From: Schaalia odontolytica
GTDB lineage: Bacteria > Actinomycetota > Actinomycetes > Actinomycetales > Actinomycetaceae
Direction: 5' to 3'
Assembly: GCF_005696695.1 (NCBI RefSeq)
Contig: NZ_CP040006.1
Coordinates: 1,650,001 to 1,682,000 of the forward strand
Length of the DNA: 32,000 bases
The translations under genes and the position numbers were made by a program. The notes beneath the pieces are model-generated. The model ran no database searches, was not told the DNA's origin, and worked only from the letters and a program-made list of their open reading frames with translations. Numbering within the stretch: position 1 is the first letter of the stretch; the number at the start of each line of letters is the position of its first letter. Positions 23,878 to 30,346 of this stretch are shown here, in pieces.

Positions 23878-25121
23878 CGACTATCGGCAGTCTCTTTACT
23901 GGCTACGGCGGTCTAGATATGGCAGTCCGCATGGCGCTTGATCCGGATGCGCGCGTCGCATGGACGAGCGATGTAGAGCCGGGGCCGTGCAGGCTGGCTG
24001 AGGTGCGCTGGTCTGGTGTCCCGAATCTCGGTGACATCACGCAGGTCGATTGGTCGGATGTTGAGCCGGTAGACATTATCTGCGGTGGATCGCCCTGTCA
24101 GGATCTGAGCCTCGCGGGTAGGCGCGCTGGCATGGCCTCGGGGACGAGGTCGGGCCTGTGGGAGTCGATGTTCGAGGCAATCAAGACGATGCGTCCGCGT
24201 CTGGTGATTTGGGAGAACGTGAGAGGAGCGCTGACAAGTGGAGCGTTCAGTCTGGTGGAACAAGAATCGCGACTGCTGGGAGACGGAGCAGATGGACCTG
24301 CTCTCAGGGCGGCAGGCCGTGTGGTCGGAGACTTGGCCGGCCTCGGGTATGACGCGCAATGGTGTGTTGTACGAGCTTCCGACGTCGGCGCCCCTCACCA
24401 GCGAGAGCGGCTGTTCCTTGTTGGCAACCCCGCAGGCGAACCTTGGCAGCTGCGGGGGCTCACAGCCTCCACAGAAGCGCAGGGAGGGCGGGCACTCCGT
24501 GAGTCTCGCGGATCAGATCGAGCACCTGGTGCCCTGATTCCGACGCCGACCGCGTCGGACCACAAGGCAGGCCGTCATCAGGAGGGAACGGGCATGAGTC
24601 TGTCGCAGGCAGTACAGATGCTGCCGACCCCGGTCGCGCAGCCCTCGGGCAACTCGCCCGAGGCACACCTGCGTAAGAAGCCAGGCCGCGCGCAGGTCAC
24701 CGACCTAGCGATCCTCGTCGAGAACGGCCTGCTGGCAACGGGAGGTCTCCTACCGACACCGCAGGCGACGAACGCGACGGCATCCTCGACCGGCTACGGA
24801 TCGAACCTGCACGAGGTGGCGAGAGGGATGAAGCCCGGCATCTTCGGCGTCTATGGGCAAGCGATTGCCAGGTGGGAGCAGGTGCTCGGACGTGAGGCTC
24901 CAGCTCCGACTGTCCCGCCGACACGCGAGGGGGGGCGAGCACGCCTCTCAACGAAGTTCGTCGAGTGGCTCATGGGTTTGCCCGAGGGGCATGTGACCGG
25001 CGAGGATCTCGGGCTGACGCGGGAGCAGCAGCTCCGTCTCCTCGGAAATGGGGTCGTCCCGCAGCAGGGCGCCGCCGCTATCTACCAGCTCACCAAGATC
25101 ACCATTGAGGAGGCAGCATGA
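23874..25121 (+). CDS. DNA (cytosine-5)-methyltransferase
   Basis: ATG at 23874 (ATGA overlap). Motifs present: I FTGYGGLD, IV GGSPCQDLS, VI ENVRG, VIII QRERLFLVG, X GNGVVPQQ. The variable region holds three L(I/L)PTPxA modules. Confidence 0.9.
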   Translation: MTTIGSLFTGYGGLDMAVRMALDPDARVAWTSDVEPGPCRLAEVRWSGVPNLGDITQVDWSDVEPVDIICGGSPCQDLSLAGRRAGMASGTRSGLWESMFEAIKTMRPRLVIWENVRGALTSGAFSLVEQESRLLGDGADGPALRAAGRVVGDLAGLGYDAQWCVVRASDVGAPHQRERLFLVGNPAGEPWQLRGLTASTEAQGGRALRESRGSDRAPGALIPTPTASDHKAGRHQEGTGMSLSQAVQMLPTPVAQPSGNSPEAHLRKKPGRAQVTDLAILVENGLLATGGLLPTPQATNATASSTGYGSNLHEVARGMKPGIFGVYGQAIARWEQVLGREAPAPTVPPTREGGRARLSTKFVEWLMGLPEGHVTGEDLGLTREQQLRLLGNGVVPQQGAAAIYQLTKITIEEAA

Positions 25122-25426
25122 CCGGCATCGACCCACTGAAGGACATCCCAGGTGTCGAGGAGTTTCAGGAGCGCGCGATCGTCCGCGCGGTCCGGCTGAC
25201 TCGTGAGAACGCGGAGGCGATCGCCCGCCGCGCGCGCAAGCGTTGTGGCTTCACGCCGGACGGGCGGGTGATGCTCGTCGAGCACACCTACACGATCTGG
25301 GCGCTTGAGGGGGACATGATCGTCGCTCGCCCGGGCAGTATGCGTCTGTCGAACCGCATCCCGGAGGACTTCATAGCCTGGTACACGAAGCCGGGCGAGC
25401 AGCTGACTGAGGAGGATCTCGGATGA
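25118..25426 (+). CDS. Hypothetical phage protein
   Basis: 102-aa ORF with an ATGA overlap. Confidence 0.5.
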   Translation: MTGIDPLKDIPGVEEFQERAIVRAVRLTRENAEAIARRARKRCGFTPDGRVMLVEHTYTIWALEGDMIVARPGSMRLSNRIPEDFIAWYTKPGEQLTEEDLG

Positions 25427-25848
25427 GCGCGCAGCTGGTGTGGGAGTCGCGCGTCTTGCCGCTGACGCGCAGCAAGCTCATCACCGCAAACGACAAATTG
25501 CACTGGGCCGCACGCGCGCGGCTCACGAAGCAGATCCGCCAGTGGGGCTATCTGCTCGGTCGCGAGGGTGAGGGGGTCGCGCGTCTCAGGCTGACGCACG
25601 CTCGAGTGGAGGTTGAGTTCGCGTATCCGGATCGTCGCCGCCGCGACCGTAGCAACCTCGCGCCGACCGTGAAAGCACTCATGGACGGTCTCATCGATGC
25701 CGGGCTGCTGCCTGATGACGCGGACCGCTTCCTCGACGGCCCGCACACGGTCATCGCGGAGCGCCTGGCGGGCAAGCACCTGAACATCCCGATGTACGAG
25801 GTCCGCATCCGCGTGTACGCGGACACAGATAAGAAAGAGAGCAAGTAA
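25423..25848 (+). CDS. RusA-like Holliday-junction resolvase
   Basis: 141-aa ORF with [30 protein letters not shown], matching the RusA D-x-D/N...K...D.L....DD pattern. Confidence 0.65.
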   Translation: MSAQLVWESRVLPLTRSKLITANDKLHWAARARLTKQIRQWGYLLGREGEGVARLRLTHARVEVEFAYPDRRRRDRSNLAPTVKALMDGLIDAGLLPDDADRFLDGPHTVIAERLAGKHLNIPMYEVRIRVYADTDKKESK

Positions 25849-26345
25849 TGGCCGGAGAAACCGTCATCACTGTCATCGGTAACCTGACCGCTGACCCCGA
25901 ACTGCGTTGGACGCAGTCTGGCGCCGCAGTCGCAGACTTCACCGTCGCGTCGACCCCGAGAACCTACGACCGTAACGCCGGCGAATGGCGCGACGGCGAC
26001 ACCCTCTTCATACGCTGCTCCGTGTGGCGCGAAACCGCTGAGAACGTCGCCGAGTCGCTGCGCAAGGGTATGCGCGTCATCGTTCAGGGTCGCCTCACCC
26101 AGCGCTCGTATGACACCCAGCAGGGCGAGCGCCGCACGGTAGTTGAGCTGCAGGTCGACGAGGTCGGCCCCTCCCTGCGCCGCGCACGCGCACAGGTCAC
26201 CCGTGTTCAGGCACAGGCCGCGAGCGCACCGTCCGCGAGCGCGTCGGCCTCTGGCGGTGCGGCTGGGTGGGGGCAGGAGACTCCGCAGCATGACCCGTGG
26301 GGTGAGCCTGGCGGGTCGGCGTTCGGGTCTGAGCCGCCGTTCTGA
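25848..26345 (+). CDS. ssb: Single-stranded DNA-binding protein
   Basis: 165-aa ORF with an OB-fold N-terminus ([27 protein letters not shown]...[30 protein letters not shown]), a Gly/Ala/Ser linker and a C-terminal tip ending GSEPPF. Confidence 0.9.
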   Translation: MAGETVITVIGNLTADPELRWTQSGAAVADFTVASTPRTYDRNAGEWRDGDTLFIRCSVWRETAENVAESLRKGMRVIVQGRLTQRSYDTQQGERRTVVELQVDEVGPSLRRARAQVTRVQAQAASAPSASASASGGAAGWGQETPQHDPWGEPGGSAFGSEPPF

Positions 26346-26560
26346 TGGAGCGGTACTGCCCGGACTGCGGCGAGGTTCTCGCTGCAGGGCACGCGCGCTG
26401 TAGGCCGTGCTTCCGCAGGTTTGAGGCTGAGTATCAGAGGAAAACCGAGAGGGACTGGATGCGGCGCAACTTCCCGGAGTTCCGGCCCCGGGACTTGTTC
26501 CCGGAGGACGGCTGGGAGCAGACGGAGATCAAGACAACAAGTATGAAGGAGGGCGAGTAA
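26345..26560 (+). CDS. Small zinc-ribbon protein
   Basis: 71-aa ORF with CPDCG...CRPC and a TGATG overlap. Confidence 0.5.
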   Translation: MERYCPDCGEVLAAGHARCRPCFRRFEAEYQRKTERDWMRRNFPEFRPRDLFPEDGWEQTEIKTTSMKEGE

Positions 26561-27606
26561 TGGCCTGGGTCAGAGTGGGCGACGAAGCACTGAGCCACCC
26601 GAAGCTCATGAGCTTGTACGACGTGGAGGGCGCCGAGGACATCTCGATCGTCGAAATGTTCGGCTTCCTCATGGCACTCGCGACCTACTCGGCCAAGCAC
26701 CTAACAGACGGAATCATCGAGAGAGGTGCGGCGTTCCGCGACGGCGATCGTTCGCGGAGTGCGCACCTGATTGATGTGGCGGTCGGCGCCGGGCTGCTCA
26801 CGTGGGTTGAAGTGGAGGGCAAGCGGAAGCTGCGCCTGTTCACGGACGAGGAGTTTATCCACGTCCAGCCGCGCGAGGAGGTCATGCGTCGCCGTGCGCG
26901 GTCGCGGGAGAATCGCGACCCGAACAAGAAAGCTGCTGTGATTTTCCGCGACGGCGACCAGTGCCGTTACTGCGGGAAGGTCGTGCGGTGGACCGGCCCG
27001 ACAGGTTACAACCTCGGCACGCTCGATCACATTGACCCGGACTCGCTGGGGGACGCCCCGGTCGATGGTCTCGTGGTCGCCTGTCATGAGTGCAACTCCT
27101 CGCGCGGGCACGCGCGGGAGGCGTTCGATGCGGCCTCGCCACTGCGTCCCGTCCCGGCCACGCCCTATTACGGAGTGTGGTCGGCAGAATTCCTCACCAG
27201 GTACGGATATGAAGCCGCGCCGTCCGTGGATCCGGGCACGCCCGTTGACCCCGCCTCAGAGCCGCCCGCGAGGGGCGTGCTCCCGGGCCGAGGGTCCGGA
27301 GCGCCTGTTGACCCCGGGCGCGGCTCCAGCGGCCACGCTGAGGCCGCTGTGCGTGACCCCGGCACACCTGAGCGGTGTGCGTCCGAGGGTCCGCGTATTC
27401 GACCTAGTTCGGACTCAAGTCCGAACCCTGGTCCGACGTCGAAGGGTATCAAGGCGAATACTCTCGGGTCGGGTAGGGACGGGACGGGACGGGCAGGCCA
27501 GGGAAGGGCAGGCACGGGCCAGGCAGGGAAGGGCCAGGCCGGGCACCCGCGAACACCTCAGCAGAAGCAGACAAGCAAGCGGAACCGTAGAAGGAGAAGA
27601 AGGTAA
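26560..27606 (+). CDS. HNH-domain protein with an N-terminal wHTH/DUF1376-like region and a low-complexity Gly/Arg tail (possible replication-initiation-associated protein)
   Basis: 348-aa ORF. The HNH core is DQCRYCGKVV...GTLDHIDP...LVVACHECNSSRGH. The N-terminus reads WVRVGDEALSHPKLMSL...LTDGII. The C-terminal 150 aa are low complexity. Confidence 0.65.
   Translation: MAWVRVGDEALSHPKLMSLYDVEGAEDISIVEMFGFLMALATYSAKHLTDGIIERGAAFRDGDRSRSAHLIDVAVGAGLLTWVEVEGKRKLRLFTDEEFIHVQPREEVMRRRARSRENRDPNKKAAVIFRDGDQCRYCGKVVRWTGPTGYNLGTLDHIDPDSLGDAPVDGLVVACHECNSSRGHAREAFDAASPLRPVPATPYYGVWSAEFLTRYGYEAAPSVDPGTPVDPASEPPARGVLPGRGSGAPVDPGRGSSGHAEAAVRDPGTPERCASEGPRIRPSSDSSPNPGPTSKGIKANTLGSGRDGTGRAGQGRAGTGQAGKGQAGHPRTPQQKQTSKRNRRRRRR
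27471..27543 (+). repeat. Dense G3-tract array (G-quadruplex-forming motif) with short internal repeats
   Basis: GGGTAGGGACGGGACGGGACGGG (27471-27493) has five G3 runs with 2-nt loops. More G3 runs follow, including the duplicated CAGGGAAGGGC(C)AGGC. Confidence 0.6.
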
Positions 27607-27848
27607 TGAGCCAGGAAGAAGAGCTGAGGGGCAAGGTAGAAGATGCCCTCTCAGCACTAGTGCAGGCAGGACACGGAGCCCAGGCATTAACTGGGGCCTG
27701 GGTGGTCTGTGCTGAGGTCATGGTCCCCGGCAAAGAAGAGGTCACCGTCTTTATGCACGACGGGGGCGGCTCGATGCTCGCGCGGCGTGGCCTCATCGAG
27801 TCTGTGCGCGATCAGCTCGCATCATGGGTGGAGGGATACGATGACTGA
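27606..27848 (+). CDS. Hypothetical phage protein
   Basis: 80-aa ORF with a TAATG overlap and a strong GAAGGAGAAGAAGG RBS. Confidence 0.55.
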   Translation: MSQEEELRGKVEDALSALVQAGHGAQALTGAWVVCAEVMVPGKEEVTVFMHDGGGSMLARRGLIESVRDQLASWVEGYDD

Positions 27849-28623
27849 GCATGACGACCGCCGGGTTTGCCCGGTGACGGGTGAGCCTCTCCTCGACGGA
27901 GAGTACCTGTCTCGCGGCGGCGCTGCCCGCGTCCGTGTGGCGACCGCGTCGATGCCAGGACTCATGAGCGACCTCGCCTATGCTGCGTCGCACGGCGTGC
28001 GCACGGGTGAGCAGGTCGGCGGCGCTGGTGTCCCATCGTCGAGGGCTCCTCTCAACCTCGCGCTCATGATCGAGGTTGACGAGATGTGCGACTCGATCCT
28101 GACGTGGGCGACGCTGCTCCTCTCGCACGTGATGGGTCCGTCCTACTGGGTGCGCCCCGGCGATTGGTGGATGGTCGCGCGCGTATTCGACCTGCACGAG
28201 GACAAGCTCCGCAGGTGGTCGGAAGCCGAGCAGTGCGCAGACGAAGTTCTGTACTCGGTCGCGCGCCTTGAGCGTCTCGCCTCCCCCGGCAGACAGCGCC
28301 TCGTCTACGTCGGCTCGTGCAGCCAGTGCGACGCTGATCTTCTCGTCCGCGACCCAGATGAGGAGGCGACGACTTGCCGGGAGTGCGGAGCGGTCGAGCA
28401 GATCGGCGAAGCCTGGGAGCGACTCCTCTCGAAAGCTCGTGAGTCTCTGCTGCCGCGCTCGCGGGCGACCCGCGTCGCGGAGATCCTGGCTGGCACGCAG
28501 ATCAAGGATCCGACTGTCCGGAAGTGGACGCAGCGGGGGCAGCTGGCGCCCCGGGCGAGGAGGGGCGGGGATCGCCTCTACCGGGTCGGGGATATTGAGA
28601 GGCTGGCGACACGCAGAATGTAG
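27841..28623 (+). CDS. Zinc-ribbon plus C-terminal HTH protein, last gene of the early operon (candidate late-gene regulator)
   Basis: ATG at 27841 is preceded by GGAGGGA and overlaps the upstream stop. The product has CSQCDADL...CRECGA and a MerR/excisionase-like C-terminus (RVAEILAGTQIKDPTVRKWTQRGQL...LYRVGDIERL). The track ORF from 27709 is an upstream extension. Confidence 0.6.
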   Translation: MTEHDDRRVCPVTGEPLLDGEYLSRGGAARVRVATASMPGLMSDLAYAASHGVRTGEQVGGAGVPSSRAPLNLALMIEVDEMCDSILTWATLLLSHVMGPSYWVRPGDWWMVARVFDLHEDKLRRWSEAEQCADEVLYSVARLERLASPGRQRLVYVGSCSQCDADLLVRDPDEEATTCRECGAVEQIGEAWERLLSKARESLLPRSRATRVAEILAGTQIKDPTVRKWTQRGQLAPRARRGGDRLYRVGDIERLATRRM

Positions 28624-28634
28624 GCGCGTGTCGC

Positions 28635-28663
28635 TTGCGATAGGGCTTGTCACGGCGTATTCT
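28635..28663 (+). promoter_or_regulatory. Sigma-70-like promoter candidate (TTGCGA-N17-TATTCT)
   Basis: -35 TTGCGA at 28635-28640, a 17-nt spacer, and -10 TATTCT at 28658-28663. It lies in the 167-bp gap between the early operon and the HNH/terminase genes. Confidence 0.3.
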
Positions 28664-28724
28664 CCTAGTGTGGCCCTGAGCGTAAGCGAGGGGCTTCTGC
28701 TTTAACGGCAATCCGCGCACTTGT

Positions 28725-28767
28725 ACTGACCCCCGCTCCTATCGGCCCCGGTGGAGCGGGGGTCAGT
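28725..28767 (+). terminator. Strong 15-bp perfect hairpin (terminator or antitermination target) ahead of the late genes
   Basis: ACTGACCCCCGCTCC (28725-28739) pairs with GGAGCGGGGGTCAGT (28753-28767) across a 13-nt loop. No U-tract follows. Confidence 0.5.
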
Positions 28768-28790
28768 GCATACGGACTGAGGGGGCGGGC

Positions 28791-29096
28791 ATGGCATGGG
28801 AGACATCGGACCGCGCCGTCCGTCTGCCTGATGACTGGGCCGAGCGGCGCGCCTTCGTGCGTGACCGCGCAGCCGGCAGGTGCGAAGCGATGCTGCACGA
28901 CGGCACGCGATGCCCAGCTGCAGGGACAGACTGCGATCACATCGAGCCAGGTGACGATCACCGAGCGGTGAACCTCCAGTGGCTTTGCCGTTGGCATCAC
29001 AAACGTAAGACGCAGCAGGAAGCTGCTGCGGCGCTCGCTGCTGAGCGGAAGAAAAACCAGCCGCGAAAGCGTAAGCATCCCGGCCTCATCGACTGA
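28791..29096 (+). CDS. Phage HNH endonuclease (terminase-associated type)
   Basis: 101-aa ORF with RCEAML.DGTRC....DCDHIEPGDDH...NLQWLCRWHHKRKT, positioned just upstream of the terminase genes. Confidence 0.85.
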   Translation: MAWETSDRAVRLPDDWAERRAFVRDRAAGRCEAMLHDGTRCPAAGTDCDHIEPGDDHRAVNLQWLCRWHHKRKTQQEAAAALAAERKKNQPRKRKHPGLID

Positions 29097-29249
29097 CCCA
29101 CCCACCGGGGACCCCCTCCCCCACACGCTGCACCCACCGTCAAGAGCTGTCGATCTAAGTTTGTACGGGTCTGGGGATTTTGCGAGGGGCACTTTTCGTT
29201 GATGTGCCGCGCGAAACAGCGCATCGGAGGGTGGGTGCTCTGAGGATGG

Positions 29250-29801
29250 TCAGAGGGGCAGGAGTGCCCCGTGCTGGTACACATTGCCGGTAATGGTGAT
29301 GTATCGGCCTGTCGAGTAAAACTCGATCCGCTGGCCCTTCCACTCGCGCTTGAAGCCGCGGCGTGGAGCTGCGGTGCCCCAGATGTGCAAGCCGCGCCCT
29401 GACGGCGAGATCTCGACGTAGGAGCCCTCGTAGTACGCGAGGAGCGTGCGAGTAGCCTCGTTCGGGATGCCGTTCTCGTCGAGGCAGGCGTCCAGGTCGA
29501 TACAGCCGACGCCGTCGCCGAGGACGAAGCCGAGGGGCGCGCCGGTCGCGCTCGCGGCCTCATACGTGCTCCAGGTCGTCGGATCGGTGACGGACGCCCA
29601 CGCGCCCGTGCGAGCGCACAGGGGGCGCTTGTTGATGTGGTTGACCCAGCGGGCGCGGGTGGTCAGCTCGACGGGGAGGCCGGCGGCTTCGTCGGCTCGG
29701 GTCGAGCGGTGATGAGCGACTCGGCAGCGTGTCGAGCAAAAGCGCGCGTCGGCTCGCGCCCAGGCTTTGAGCTGGTGGCCGCATTGTTCGCACGTTTTCA
29801 T
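29250..29801 (-). CDS. Zinc-ribbon plus minimal archaeo-eukaryotic-primase (Prim-Pol) domain protein, antisense to the flanking late genes
   Basis: 183-aa ORF. The N-terminal ribbon is CEQCGHQL...FCSTRCRVAHHR. AEP motifs are DxD (GCIDLDAC), sGxGxH (EISPSGRGLHIWG) and hExYxxxRYhThTG (IEFYSTGRYITITG). There is no helicase domain. Confidence 0.7.
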   Translation of the reverse strand: MKTCEQCGHQLKAWARADARFCSTRCRVAHHRSTRADEAAGLPVELTTRARWVNHINKRPLCARTGAWASVTDPTTWSTYEAASATGAPLGFVLGDGVGCIDLDACLDENGIPNEATRTLLAYYEGSYVEISPSGRGLHIWGTAAPRRGFKREWKGQRIEFYSTGRYITITGNVYQHGALLPL

Positions 29802-29860
29802 GTCTCTTATTGTAACGCTTATTTCGTTGATATTCCGCAGAATGGCTGGGGGTGATCTGT

Positions 29861-30346
29861 GTGGCTGGTCGCGGTCCTGCGCCGAAGCCGGAAGGCTCGC
29901 GCGCTCGTCGGAATAAGGATCCGCAGGTGCTCCGGATCATCACTGCGCAGCCGGTCGAGCAGCCGGCGCTTCCGACTATCGAGCAGGTCGTCGTCGATGA
30001 GTTCGGCGTGCCGAAGAAGAAGCGCTTCAATTGGCCGACGATCACGAAGCGCTGGTGGAAGATGTGGGGCGAGTCGCCGCTATCTGCCGAGTACACCGAA
30101 ACCGACTGGGCGTTCCTCATGGACACGGCTTATCTACATGCCCTGTATTGGAAGGGCGACTTCAAGGTCGCAGCAGAGCTTCGTCTGCGCGTCGCTAAGT
30201 TCGGTGCAACGCCCGAGGACCGCGCGCGACTGCGGATCCAGTTCGCCGTCGCGGACGGCCTGGAAGATGACGGCCCATCCGCTGAGGCATCGCCGGTCTC
30301 ATCGAGGTCGAGGAGGCGAAAGACAGTCCTCAAGGCGGTGCAGTAA
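29861..30346 (+). CDS. Terminase small subunit
   Basis: Starts VAGRGPAPKPEG, then W..W..SP.SAEYTETDWAFLMDTAYLHALYW and FGATPEDRARLRI, which is typical of actinophage TerS. GTG at 29861 follows GGGGGTGA. GTG at 29852 is an alternative start. Confidence 0.7.
   Translation: MAGRGPAPKPEGSRARRNKDPQVLRIITAQPVEQPALPTIEQVVVDEFGVPKKKRFNWPTITKRWWKMWGESPLSAEYTETDWAFLMDTAYLHALYWKGDFKVAAELRLRVAKFGATPEDRARLRIQFAVADGLEDDGPSAEASPVSSRSRRRKTVLKAVQ

Noticed and set aside
25548-26291. 247-aa minus-strand ORF
   Set aside because: It is antisense to the RusA and SSB genes, which are both confidently recognised.
27032-28653. ORFs 27032-27715 (+), 27168-27796 (-) and 27793-28653 (-)
   Set aside because: These off-frame or antisense ORFs cross the HNH-domain gene tail and the zinc-ribbon/HTH gene. 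Their Arg/Pro/Gly-rich products are generated by the G-tract repeat DNA.
28997-30126. Minus-strand ORFs 28997-29563 and 29560-30126
   Set aside because: They overlap the HNH, Prim-Pol and TerS genes in other frames or strands. Their products are Ser/Arg/Pro/Ala low complexity.
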